Assembly: GCA_013265495.1 (NCBI GenBank)
Contig: MU058687.1
Span: forward strand, 3,536,001 to 3,600,000
Reading direction: 5' to 3'
DNA length: 64,000 bases
Source: Vicugna vicugna
Lineage: Eukaryota
The notes below the pieces were generated by a model, which was given only the letters and a program-made list of their open reading frames with translations, had not been told where the DNA came from and searched no databases. Below, one piece after another: positions 51,213-64,000 of this stretch; position 1 is the first letter of the stretch; each line of letters starts with the position of its first letter. The translations under genes were made by a program, and so were the position numbers.

Positions 51213-51898
51213 TTGGAGATGCTCATTCCATCTTAGAGCAAAACAAGGTAAGCAGACCTATTGCATTGATTTCCAGTCAACTTACAAGGCTGGAAACCTT
51301 ACAGAGTGCTATGATGCCAAAGGGGGCTACCTGGGTATTGCCCTCTTTTCCTTAATAGCTCACCCTCAGGACATTTACAGTAGCATCGGAGTAGGTAAAT
51401 CAGTGAAGGCTTCTTCTCCATCATTTCCTTTTATTTACAATCAATTTAAATTTGTGGTCATCTGTTGTTTTTTTTTTTCCCCTTCTGGATAGTGTTTGTG
51501 ATTGTTGTTTCTGTTGTAAGTGGGTCAGAGCTTAAATAGGTCATGTTGGCTCTCTGAATGTGGCAATCCTGAAATGAACAGGGCAGGGGAGAGGGAGGGA
51601 GATTGTGCTTAACTGGTATGTGAACGGAGAGGGAAGATGAGCTTGGGGCTCAGGGTCCCACTTATAGGGTCCCACGTTTATGGAAACCTCTAGTAATAGG
51701 GGCTGGGAATCCCTAAGTGAACTGAGGGAGAAATGGCTTTTTGGACTTTGAACAGAGTGGAAGATGGTGTGTGAGAGAGCGGTCTTACTTCCTTCTGACC
51801 TGATCTGTGAGGGTGATAAAAACTGGCAGGGATTCTGGATCTTCCAGCAGCTGGAAATGTATGGGAGAGGGTAGAAGCAGGAGGAGGAATGTGAGGAG

Positions 51899-52236
51899 TG
51901 TTTCTATGCTGAACTGTGTGTCCCCACTGAATTCATGTTGAAGTCCTTACCCTCAGTACCTCGGAATGTGACTGTGTTTGGAGACAGACTCTTTATAGAG
52001 GAAACTTAATTAAAATTAGGTCATATGGGTGGGTCTCAGTCCAATATGATCAGTATCCTTATTAGGACACAGACATACTCTGAGGGAAGACCACATGAAG
52101 ATACATCTGCAAGTCAAGGAGAGTGGCTAGAAGAAACCAACCCTACCAACACCTTGATCTTGCACATCCAGCCTCTAGAATTGTGAGAAGATAAATGTTT
52201 AAGCCACTTTGGTACTTTGTTAGGGCAGACTAACAT
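51899..52236 (+). mobile_element. MLT1A/B-like LTR
   Basis: ccctcagtacctcggaatgtgactgtgtttggagacag...ccagcctctagaattgtgagaagataaa. Confidence 0.85.
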
Positions 52237-52919
52237 AGGGGCATTCTGGGAGGTGATAGGGGTGCATTTCTCTCTGCTTCCTTTCCCATGAACAGACTTA
52301 CCTTTTTGGATTCTCTTGAGTTTTTTGGGGGGCAGTGTCTGCTCTTGGAACTTACTGGCCCAGAATGTCTGGAGACAGAGCACATCTTTCTCCTGACTCC
52401 TTTCTCCGTGGCTTAAGGAACTTTCCTATTTGACAATGAGGCAGCTGAGAAAGACTGTGCAGAGCTGACCTTGAGCCTGACCCTGGGACTTGTCTTCATT
52501 TGCTTTCTCTGCATTCCTAGAATACTTTCACACCGAATGGCCATCTCAGTGCAACTGCAAGAAGGAGGGCAGAGGTCACATCATTTTTGTAGATAAGAGA
52601 AACTAGAACCATGAAGAAGCCTCACTTGTCTGTGAGCTGGGGACTTCACTGATACCAGAATCTGGGCCCCTTGACTCAACTTGGTGATCTTAGATTACTC
52701 AGCATCAGAACTTGCATCTCAGGCACTGCCCAGCCAGGCAGTTTGATCTGAGGATGCTGGGAAAGCTGCCCCCAAAAGAACATTTCCCTTGTGAAGCCTG
52801 TCTGAAATTTCATGTTGAGTTTTTCTGGTTAAAGGCTTTTGAGAACCTTGTACAATTATCTGAGAGGACCACAATTTTCTTTTTCCTAAACAATTTTCTA
52901 AAAAGGAGAAGTCAACATT

Positions 52920-54030
52920 TGATTTCTAGCTAGTATATAGAAATACAGTTGATTTTTGTATATTTCTTATGTACATTTTACATGTATATATAACCTTAGT
53001 TATTAGTTCTTGTAGATTCCATTGAATTTTCTGTATCACCAATGACATTGTGCATAAAAACAGTTTTACTTCTTTTTCCAACCCTACTCCAGGCACCTCT
53101 GTCATTAGTTTCTTAGATATTAGAAATTTCCCCCAGAATTTCTCTGGCAAACTAATATGAATAAAGATTCTATGCTATTTCCTATTTCATAATCAGTTAT
53201 TATATAGCACCTAGCTTTCTGCTTATTTCCTCTTATAATGTATCTTGGAGATACTTTCATATCTGTGAATCGATTCATGGTCATTCTTTGATAGCTTCAT
53301 AGAATTCCATGGTATGGATTCCATAATTCATTTAACCAATCCTTACTAATGGCAATTTGGGTTGTTTCTGATCTTTGCTATTACTTCAGTATTGTGTTAA
53401 TGAATAACTTTGTACATGTGTCATTTTCCACATATGTCAGCGTATTTATAGAATAAGTTCCCAGAAATGGAATTGCAGACCCATAGGATTCATTCATTTA
53501 CAATTTTGATAGATTTTACTCAGATGCACTCCACTGGGGTTGTATGAGTTCATATTACCACCAGGAAGTAAGAAGGTCTTGTTTCCCTGTGGCTTCATCA
53601 ACAAAGTATATAATCAAACTATTGGAGTTTTGCCAATGTGATGGGTGAAAAATGGCATCGTAGTGTATTTTAATTTGTGCTTTTTGTATTACAATGGAGA
53701 TTGAGCATCTTTTCATATGTTTAAGAGTTACTGTTTTTTCTTTGAACTCTTTGATATTTTTTCCCATTTTCAGTGGAGTTTATTCTTACCCACTCTTTTC
53801 CTTACAGATTCTGACAATTATTTATTAGGAAGGTAAGTTCTTTATCAATGACATGAGCAGAAAATTTATGTGTATATGTATATTTTTGCTGTTTTTTTGT
53901 CTTCTGAGGCCTCATGGTGGGTTTTTTTTTGCCATGATGGAGTTATTTTTATTAAAAAGCTATGTAGTCATATTTATGAACTAAAAAAATGCCTTCTGGA
54001 TTTTCAAGCATAGTTAGAAAAGACATCTTC
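52920..54030 (-). mobile_element. Old L1ME-like fragments
   Basis: tatagaaatacagttgatttttgtata; ttgagcatcttttcatatgtt. Confidence 0.7.
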
Positions 54031-56659
54031 CACTCTACCTGGTATACTTAGCTAAAATGCTCCTGGCCCTATGCTGCCTAAGAGAATGCTATAATTAATA
54101 GGTCACCAAGGCCCTCCTCTAAATGACTTTGTTCTAAAAATCTCTGCTCTTCCCCCAATTTCAAATTAGGCAGTTTGATCAGGTGATTAACAGTAATTCA
54201 TACTCAGGTATAACTAACTGGTAGACTTAACTTCCCCAAAGATAATGCTGTTTAAATAAGGAGATGAATCAAAATGCTAGAAAGATGGGCAAAATGGGAA
54301 ATAGGTTAAGGATGCTGCAATAAACTGGAATGATGGCTTCTGTTCCTTCATTTCATGCATCTAGAATTGCAGGAAAAACTCAGCCTTGGAGGGGAAATTG
54401 CTATTCCATCTTGGGCTCCATTTCTGATAGAAGGAGCTGGGCAGCACTGGGCAAAATGTTGATTGAACTGAATTTATCTTTTGTACCTATTGCTACCTGC
54501 TTGTTTCCTCCGTTCCCTGCATCCTAATCCTATCCCCTAGTCTGGGGACCCAGTGCAGGTTACTGGATAAGAAGCAGCTGGGCAGTAAGACTATTTTGTA
54601 GAGTTCCACTAGAAGAGAGAATTCTATGTTCATTTGGGCCCCAAATCTGTCACTCATTGTGTGATTTTATGTAAGTCCCTTGATCTCCCTCAGTTTCCTT
54701 GGTTGAATAAGAGGGAACTTGGGTGTTAAAGATGCTTATGTTTTTAGGCTTCTGGATCAGGTGATACAGGTATTTGGATTCTTTTGTTTAAGGGTAGGTG
54801 GGAGAGAAATAGAAAGCCTTGGGAAGTGCCTCATGCTTTTGTTCCTCAGATCTCCCCCCCCTTGATGATGACCCTGGACAGCTTGATCAGTCTCAGTCCC
54901 CTGTCTGCCCCCCTGCTGTCCTAGCTCTGCCCAGCCCCAGTGGAGCCAGATAGCCATTTACTAAATGAATAGTTTATGCAGGAAAAACTCACATTTATTA
55001 ATTTGTAATTTCACTGAGCTACAAGTACTGACCAAACGTTTTAATAGGACAGTCAATTCCATTAGTGTATTTTGTGCTTGGACATTAAAAAAATATTTAA
55101 AAAAAATGATTTTATTGGCTCTTGGCCACAGGTCTCTCTCTCCCCTACCCCCACCTTGTGTCCCAGGGATTCAGTACTGCTGATGTTACAGCTTCAAGTT
55201 ACAAGGTGTTTTTCAGAACAGTGGGTTATAGAAATAAAGCACATTGTAAGTCTGTCTACTTTATTGGTACATTTGCTCTTGAGTTCCTGGGAAGCCCTGA
55301 GGACAGAGTTTCTGCAGCTCTCTGTGACTGCAGAGCTCACCCTTACAGGCTATGAGGGCCAGTTCTTAGCACTAGCTGTAAGCTCTTTGACAACATGACT
55401 TGCACAGGAGAAGTGGAGAACTACAGTTGGGTTTTGCCTTCTCTCAAGCCTTGCTGGTGTAGAGAGTTTCCAAGGTTAGGATTAGGGAGAGATTTCTGAA
55501 AGAGAAAGGATTTCCCCAACTTAGCCAGTCAGAATTCCTGGTTTTGCTGCCTAAACCAACAGCTATCATTGAGCTCCTTCTATGAGCAAAGCAAGGGTTA
55601 GGTCCCATGGGAGACAGCCCTTTTTAAGTTTCTATGGAGCCAGGATTCTTTTTCTGAAAATGCGCCCCCATGAGGCATCACTCTAGAACTGCGACCCTGC
55701 TGTTGGGCCTGCCTCCAGATCTCCGATCTGAGAGGAGAATACCCTGGGGCCCCTCCCTTGCTTACTTGGAAAGGAGGGAAGATGAGAGGTACCTAAGAAG
55801 GCAGATTTATGCCTAAGTGATAATAGATCCCAAGGAATAGGTCCCTTCCTGGACAGATACAGAATTATTGCCAGAAGGATGGTCTATGGCTGGCGTTTTA
55901 GTGGCTGAAAATGTACAAATCACAGGGAGCAGGAGAGGATATTAATTCCCAATAGTCTAGTGTGTAGTCTCTGTGACCAGCATCCAGGTAGATGTGCCAG
56001 GCAGACAGTGCCAGGCAGACAGTGCTTCTTGTTGCTGGGTTTGTAGCTGCTCCCTGGATTCACTTCAGATATTTGGTGAAGGCTGGTATTGGTGGGGCTG
56101 GCAGCCTATGAACTGTCGGGGGCTTCTGGAGATATTCTGGGTACAAAGGGGTAGAGGCTGTGGGAGGGCTGAGGTGTTGGAGTTTTTTCTTCTGGGGGAC
56201 AAGTGGCTATTTATCCAAGGCTCTGTGTGCTGAGGACCTTTAACCTGAGTGTTTGGAAGTTGATGGATTCCCTGACTCCTGTCAATAGGTAACCTCGAAA
56301 ACCTCAGAGCCGTCCCTTAAATGGCTCTGTGCTTAGGGATGTGTGCAGCCTGGGGTTTACTGTCTCCTGACCTTGAGGGTACATCCCACTGAGGTAAGCA
56401 GAGCTAAACAATATTGAACGATATTGAAATAGGACTTTGCAGAGCCTTTGCTAGCAGGTGTGGCTTACACATGAAGTATGTAGTATTTCCCAAACCTACT
56501 TGACCTTGACCATAAATTTTTTTCCTTAGGTAGCATCATAAGGGATTTGTGTTCTGCGAACCACATTCTGGAAACATTAATCTTGCCCACTTGCGAGATT
56601 CATGAATTAGTAGTATAGCTATGGTTTCCTAACCCATGGGCTTTCTACTTTGTCCTTGC

Positions 56660-56812
56660 TACTCCAAGTGTAGTCCATGGACCAGTAGCATTGGCATCGC
56701 CGGTTGCTCCTTAGAGATGCAGAATCTCAAACCCATCCTAGACCTACCAAATCAGAATCTGCATGTTAGCAAGAATGCAGCTGACTGATGTGCACACTGA
56801 GGACTGAGATGC
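56660..56812. mobile_element. MER5A-like MITE
   Basis: ggaccagtagcattggcatc...gatgcagaatctc...aatcagaatctgcat. Confidence 0.8.
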
Positions 56813-58199
56813 CCTACCTTGCTTGCACATAGCTGCCACTCTGCTTCAGAGCCTTCTCAGTCACTGACAACAATTGTGCTAGGTTTGGATTTGGATAGGG
56901 AAGATTTCTGGGCCTCCTTGTCCTATTGGGATGTCCTGTTCTTGGCTTCCAGGTGGCAGTAGTGACCTATAGTAGGGAGAGAGGTCACTCTATAAAAGGA
57001 TTCAGAGGTAACAGAGAGAAAATATTGTGATACCAGTGGGAAAATATAAAGAAATTTTTACTAAACCTGGAAGGAAAAGGTCCGTGGGTGATTAAGTATG
57101 GACAAATTAGAAGGAATTTTAGGCAGGTTGATGCTGAGGGCTGTGATGTGTTAGGGGTGGTGGCCGAATCATACTGTAAGCCCTGCCACCCCCATCCTCT
57201 GCGATGGGAGGCTGGGAGAGGAGCTCAAAAGGCATCTTTTTTCAGCCGCATGTGAAAAGTCCCTGCCAGATCAGATGTTCAACTTTAAAACAAATGGAGG
57301 AAAAACGATCAAATGCAGTCAACTAGAAAAATCCACTTTTCCTATTTCATAAAAAGCAAGAGCCCATATGATAATCCCTCCCTTGGCACATGTTAGAGAT
57401 TTCTTTATTGTTTCTTTGCTAGCGGCCAATTCCGCCACACCCAGCGGGGAGCCTGGGCTACAGTGACTTCATTTGCACCAGGTCAGCATACCAGTTCCAA
57501 GCCAGTGGATCTAGAGCTGAATTCTAGCAGTTTTCTAGGGAGAAGAGCATGCCTGTTTACGAATGAGAAGAGAGGAAGAGGGAGAAAGGAGGAGAACAGA
57601 GGACACATCGCCCCTTCCCTCCCCAAGCACAGAGGAGTGCACTTCCCAGCATGGACAGCTGAGGGGGGCTCGGCCTGTACCCCCCTCCCCCCAACTAAAC
57701 CGGGACTGAGAGCTCTTTAAGTGCTGGGATCATGACTTATCTCCTGCTACATCCTGGAGATAAACACAGTGCCTGATATTTACCCTAGAGATGCTCAATA
57801 ATATTTGTTGAATGAACTTTGACAAAATCAAAACCATTGAGGTAATAGGAAGTTCATGAGATATGCAGTCCGAAGATCTGGGTGCTAGGACTAAATGTTG
57901 CATGGCCTTCAACAGGCTCTCCATCTCTCTGAACCTTAGTTTAGGAAGTGTGACTGTGCTGGTCACCTTCCTCAGGGATGGGGAGGATTAAATGAGATCC
58001 CATGTGAATAGTACGTAATTAATATGAAGATTTTAAATGTGAAGTGGTTCCTTTTGCCCCTGTACATCATTACCTCCACAACTACCAAAATTCATCCTTA
58101 CTGTAAAGAAATAAAACAAAAGTGAAGAATAAAATGTCTTCACATTTTATTCAAGGGGGCTTAGACTTGAGGGTGTCGTAGGAATTGAGTGAGCTTAGA

Positions 58200-58960
58200 G
58201 CTCAGAGTTGGTTGTGGATAACCTTGGAGTTGAGCTTGACTCCTTCTCTTGTCCTCACCCTCCACATCCAGTCCTTTGGCCAATCATGATTTAGCCATCA
58301 TTACCTCCACTGCCACCACCCTGACGCAGGTCCCCATTGTGTTTCACCTGGATTTCTGGCCAGGCTCCCTGCTTCCTCCATTGTGTCACTCAAGTCTATT
58401 TGCATCTTAACAGCCAGCGTGATGCTGGTCAAACACAAGCTTCTTCATGTCACTCCTCTGGCCAGAAGCCTTCAGTGGTTCCCTGCCTCACTCAGAATAA
58501 AAGCCGAAGTTCCCTCAGTGGCTTCAAACCTCTCTGACCTTATCTGTTTTCTTCTTGATCACTCAGACCCAGACATGCTGGCTGTGGTGGTCTTTGACTA
58601 TCCAGGCATGTTTATGCCTGCCTCAGGGCCTTTGTACTTGCTGTTCTCTCTGCTTGGAAACTTCTTCCCCCATTGTTCCCTTACCTTCTCCATGTCTTTG
58701 CTCATTGTCATCTTTCTGTGGGGACTTAAACTTTCTATTGAAAGTCAGATACTGTTCCCATCTCCCACCTGGTACTCCTTAAGTCCCCTTTCATACTTTC
58801 CATGGGACTCATAACCATATAGCATAATTTATATTTTACCTATATGTATGTTTTCTGCACTGGGAGTTAAGCCTGGGGAGCGCTTTGTTCACTGCTGTAT
58901 CATTAGCTGCCAGCATATTGCCTGGCACAATGGTATTAAGATTTGTGGAATGAATGAATT
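58200..58960 (+). mobile_element. L2 3' fragment
   Basis: gactccttctcttgtcctcaccctccacatccag...cctgcctcagggcctttgtac...tgcctggcaca...gaatgaatgaa. Confidence 0.85.
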
Positions 58961-60689
58961 TCATATAATCTTGTTGTAAGGCTTGGGTCAGAGGTGTGGA
59001 GCACAGAGGGCTCAGGCTTATTCTGGGGACACTACAGGTCAAATCCTGACTTGGCTCCTGAAGATGTCATGATGTAGGAATTGGTACTGCATTTGCCTGG
59101 CTTGTCTCACGGGCCCCTGGGTGAGAAGTATGCCATTGGACAGAATTTATCACCTTGCCCTGGCAACTGCTCCTGAGTTCCTCTTTTATGAAAACTTGCT
59201 AATTTGCCTTTTTTCCCTTTGACTCCCAGTTATGACTGTATCCTCCTTCCTTCCACCCTCCCTTACCGCTTCTTCCTCCAAGTCTCCATTTGCCATTTAC
59301 TGAGCATCCCCGTGCTGTTCCTTCACCCCTACCCACTACACAGCCTCCTGGTCCGGGAGCTGGAACAGATGCCTGCGTACTTGGTTTTAAAGTACGGACC
59401 CTGCAAGCTCCTGGTTTCTGCTCTTCCAGCCCCAGTGGCAGTTTGCATGTTGAGCTCCACCCTGAGTCTGGGGAATGCACATGCGATTCCCCAGAAGTGT
59501 GTGCTTGGAGTGTGTTGGTCCTTACGGTCCCAGCAAAGAACAGCTCTGACTGGTACTAGCATTTATCAGGGACCCTGTTTCTTGTCCTGCGAGCCTCTTG
59601 ACAGCTTGTGGATACAGACAAGGACCTGCTATCCATGGCGTCGGGTTTGAGTTCTGACTTTGCTTACTAGCTTTGTGTCTTGAGCAAGTTACCTTACTTC
59701 TTTGAGTTGCTGTAAGCCTCAGTCTGCTTTCTTATTGAAAATGAGGGCAATAGAACCTACCTCATGGGGTTGCTATGAGGACTGAGTGAGATCAGGTAGC
59801 TTTGGCGCTTAGCATAGACCCTCACATGCAGGAAGCACTGGCTGAATTGTTCCATCATTATTGCCATTATTGTGTTGTTGTCACTGATAAAATCAACTCC
59901 CTGGCTTACCTTCCCTACTGGGCAGCCCGTGTATGTGTGACTGGGTGTGTGTGTGTAGATAGGTGTGGGGGAATTTACACACTGTCATTGTAAACTCATC
60001 AAGAAATAAATAGGAGATTTATAGCTTCAGGGCAATTAATTCTGTAGCTTTGCTCAGCATTATCTCAGTTCCAGGAACAAATACACCCCTATAATGGATT
60101 ATAATCTTTAGGTATTCGGAATATAAAACAGCCCTTTGTGTTCCTTGTTGTGTTATGAGAAAATAACAGCTTAAAATGCAACCCACAGGAAACCCTCCGG
60201 ATGGGGTCAGCCCTCTTGCTGTTGGCCTGTGATGTCTTTCAGAGAAAAGTTAGTGAAATAGATATTCTTAACCTCCCAATGTTGTCACAGGAAGAGCAGG
60301 TATAATCTGAGTGCTGGGGCTGACCTTGGTGATGGTGGCAGTAAAAGTTCTCAAATCAGATGGAAATTCACTCCTTTTCCTCACCTGGCAAACTCCCATT
60401 TAACCAGCAAGATCCAGATCCAACGTCCCAACTCTCCCTGGCAGAAGAAATCGCTCCCTCCTCTGTCCTCCTGGCACTAGGTTCATGCCTTTCTCACTGC
60501 CTGTGACATCTTATGTTGTAATCCTTTTTTCATGTCTCCACCCAGCTCTGCAAGGCAGGGAGATCCTTGAGGGCAAGGACAATGTTTGGTAACTTCACAT
60601 CCCCAGGGCCAGCACAGGTTCTGCCACCGTGATGGTGGGAGGAGGTAAAATAGTGTTGGTTGACCTCCTACCAGATTCTTGGACACTCA

Positions 60690-61125
60690 GCACTTGGTAT
60701 ATTAATTCATCCTGATCACAGTCCTGCTGGGGAGCTGTCTGTTAATACACGGGAGTACACTGAAGCTCAGGGATTTTGCACAACCTGCTAGTTACTAATA
60801 AGTGGTAGAGCCAGGATTTGAACTCAATTCTGTCTGTCTCAAAGCCTGAGCTTGCTTGCTTGCTTACTCTCTGTTTTTTGTTGTTTTTTTCCCTTCCAGT
60901 GGAGTATAGTTCGAGAGAATGGACTTGGGCCAGACTGCTTGGCTTCAAATCTCAGCCTTCTCATTATCAGCTGCCTGGCTCTGGACATGTAACTTAGCTT
61001 CTGTCTCGGTTTCCCATTTATGAAGTTGAATAACAGTGGTACTTCCCTATAGGATTGTGGGGTGATTTAATGAGACAATACACATAAAGACCTCAGAACA
61101 GGGTCTGGGAGCATGTAAATACTTG
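60690..61125. mobile_element. Two MIR fragments in opposite orientation
   Basis: gagccaggatttgaactc (minus) and cagactgcttggcttcaaatctcagc (plus). Confidence 0.7.
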
Positions 61126-61514
61126 CTATTATAATTTTCCTTCCTTTCCTCTCAGGTCATACCACATGAGCTTTTCACGGCTGCCCATGCTATTCTTCCA
61201 TTCCCTGCTGGCTCTGGTGTGGAATGGGTGGATTAGGGTGATGGCCGAGTGTGGCTGGCAAGCACCTGGGCTCTCCTCCCAGATGGATCCACCTACCAGG
61301 TAGCTTTGGGTACATACTTGCGTGATACTTCACCTGGCACCTTTTGTTTCTCCTGGCTTCAGGGGACTGTTGAGAATCACTACCTCATCTCCACGAGGTC
61401 GTGGCTGAATATGAGAACATCCTCGACGTATAGCCATAGTGAGGCTCTCTAAACGCCCCCTGAATTGAAGTTACCACCCTAATTGACACCTACTCCATGC
61501 AGCATAACAAAAGG

Positions 61515-61760
61515 CAGTATGACATAGTGGGCCCAGCGAGGACACTGAAACCAGACTGCCTGGGTTTGAATCTCAACTCTGCCATTTGGTAGCTGTGTGA
61601 CAGTAGGCAAGTTACTTAATCTTTCTGAACCTTGTGTTTTTAATCTGTAAAAGGCAGATAATAATATGCCTTATAGGGTATTGTTGTGAGGATTAAATGA
61701 ATTAATGCCTATAAAATGCTGAGTCAGTGCTTAGCTTATTGTAAGCGCTCAGTAGGTGCT
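61515..61760 (+). mobile_element. Near full-length MIR
   Basis: ccagactgcctgggtttgaatc...ggcaagttacttaatc...gttgtgaggattaaatga. Confidence 0.9.
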
Positions 61761-62134
61761 GGTGGTGGTTGTTGTTATTACTGCTCTGAACCTGGTGAAC
61801 TTACTGCATGGACGAGCAGAGAAGACACTCTCTAGAGGTCAGGGCTCCCTGCAAATGAGGGAGAAAAGGGTGGGATGAAGAAGATTCAGGTCCTTCTCCC
61901 ATATTCACTGGTCTGTTAAGTCTTTTCTTTTGAAGGGAGGAGCAGGGAGGTGGGGGCAGAGAGCGAGAGGCTGGGGGTGTTTTCCTGCTGCATGGAAATG
62001 TGGTGCCTCTGGCCAGGGTTCTCCCCATGTCTACACAGGCCCGGGGCTGTGCTCTGTCACGACCGAGAATTCAGCGGGGATGCTCCCTGCCCCGAGAGTT
62101 CATGTGAAAAGCAAAGTTACTCTTTTTTCAAGTT

Positions 62135-62270
62135 CTCTTTTTTTCTTAAATTGCGGCAAAATTGACATAACGTTATATTAGTTTCAGGTGTACAATATTT
62201 GCCTATGTTTCAAAGTAATCACCTCAGTTAGTCCAGTTAACATCCATCATCATACATAGTTATAAAATCT
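62135..62270 (-). mobile_element. Short L1 3' end
   Basis: ttgacataacgttatattagtttcaggtgtacaa; flanked by tcttttttca repeats. Confidence 0.75.
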
Positions 62271-63724
62271 TTTTTCAGTTATTCTTCCACTAAGTTACTC
62301 TGACTTTTGAATGACTTAAGACTAATACATGTCCTGACCAACGCAAAGGCCTGAGCTATAGGAAGTCTGGTTTATTGTCACATGCTGCTTAGCCAGGGTG
62401 GCTTATGTTTCCTTATTCACCTCAGATCTTCCTCTGAGGATGAGGAGGCCCATGGACCGCGGAGGGGCCTGCAACAGATGCCGATTTCATAGCTTCAGGG
62501 GAAAGCAGCAGCAGCAGTGCAGGGCCGTGGCTCCCTCTTCCTAGCCTTGTGTGGCTCACCGGGAAGGGAGGGAAGGGCTGTGATTTACTATGGCCATGCC
62601 AACTAGGAACTATGTTTTCTTATCACATATCTGTTTTATGAAAGAGCTGATGACTCTGAGTGCCCTCTACCCCTTCTCATTCCCAGCCCCCTTCAAAAGC
62701 AACCAAAGGCACATGACATGTGTCCTCCAGCCCTTGCCAGGACCTGTCCAAGGGGACTCCTGTGGCTTTCACTTCTGTCCCTGGGCATAGAATTTGGGGT
62801 GGTGATGGAGAAGGAGGGCGTTGAGTTCAGTTAAATCTGGCATAGTCATGGGAAGGGTGGAGACATAGATGCCAACTGGGGTCTCCCTAAGAAATCAGTG
62901 ATGTCTCAAGGATTGGTCAAATTCAGGTGGCATTTGGCAGTAGCCCTTAGCCCAGGAATGGTCTGTGGTTAAGAGGCAGAGGCAGAGAATGAAGAGTGGT
63001 TGGCAGTTACAAGAGGCTAATTTGAGCATCTCTGTATCCCCTAGTACCTACTAACACAGATGCCTCTATCTCCTTACATCTGTACTCATACAAATGTCCA
63101 TTTGTGTATGTGTGTGTATATGTTTGTGTGTGCATGTGAGCATATATAACATACATAGGGTTGGGACCGCACAGGAAGCATGCTCAGGAGCTTTGGGGAT
63201 GTCTCAGGTTGGGTTCCCAACAGGTCTGGGAGAATTAACAGGGAGGGCTGCCAGGGGTGTGTCCTCATGGTTACTACTAATTAGCTCTAGATATTTATCC
63301 AGTGCCCCACACAACTACACCTCCATTGACTCGGCCACACCTGTGATGGACAGGAAGTCCATTTTCACAAGGGTACATCTTTTTATCCTTGCAGAAGGGA
63401 CAGGTAAATGAGGGCTCCAGTGTGTGGCATCTTCATTTTGAGAGTGGCTGCTGCTTTATCTTTCTCTAACCTCTCAGAAGGTTAGACCTACCTCTGCTTT
63501 CCTTGCCATTCCTCTTATCACCTTGGAGCCTTCATGACTCTCTGTTTCAACCGGCACAGACCAACCCATTCTTTGGCTCTGAGCTCCAATTTTACTACTC
63601 CAGTAATTTCACTACTTCCCTGACCTCCCACTCTAAAGGGGATAGCCTGATAATCCTCCCTTTATTTTGAAGAACTCTCATGGCCCTTATCACATTTGTG
63701 GATATTACTTTAGCTATATTATTT

Positions 63725-63865
63725 ATTTAATTTTTTTAGGTTCTTTTTTGAGGGGGGTAATTTGGTTTGTTTGTTTGTTTATTTATAGAGGAGGTACTGG
63801 GGATTGAACCCAGGACCTCGTGCATGCTAAGCATGCACTCTACTACTTGAGCTATACCCTCCCCC
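63725..63865 (-). mobile_element. tRNA-derived SINE (vic-1-like) inserted in an L2
   Basis: Minus strand GGGGGAGGGTATAGCTCAAGTAGTAGAG...GGGTTCAATCCCCAG; TSD ttagctatattattt 63710-63724 / ttagctgtattattt 63866-63880. Confidence 0.92.
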
Positions 63866-64000
63866 TTAGCTGTATTATTTGTATATTTATTTATCTCTCT
63901 CCCCAACTAGTCTGTAAATGCCATAAAGGAATAATCATGTCTGCCTTGTTCACTGGGACCAGCACACAGGGTCTGAAGTCTGAGCTTAGGTTGGACTTTA

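Noticed and set aside
61156..61299. Strong acceptor followed by a hydrophobic ATG-started peptide
   Set aside because: Weak donor (gtagct) and no recognisable homology
1..64000. Prokaryote-type systems (CRISPR, operons, defence islands) or a named host gene
   Set aside because: Sequence is mammalian repeat-rich DNA, and no exon could be matched to a known gene

Overview
Mammalian non-coding DNA (intronic or intergenic), most likely camelid: three copies of a tRNA(Ala)-like SINE resembling camelid vic-1, a recurring young L1 3' end, and no Alu, BovB or PRE-1 that I could see. I found no intact protein-coding gene, and nearly all listed ORFs are chance or repeat-derived. The one clearly gene-derived sequence is a near full-length, dead CDK1 processed pseudogene (about 4850-6140, minus) inside an old L1. 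Much of the window is transposable-element fossils, often nested with visible target-site duplications (TSDs): L1, L2, MIR, MLT1, ERV1/MER21/MER34-like LTRs, an ERVL gag remnant, and hAT and Tigger elements. The most unusual structure is a compound tandem duplication at 48897-51212 (identical 141-bp pair overlapping a 1027-bp-period pair with 4 differences seen), either a recent rearrangement or an assembly artefact. I saw no convincing novel biological system. Repeat subfamily names come from recalled consensus sequences and need Dfam/RepeatMasker confirmation.
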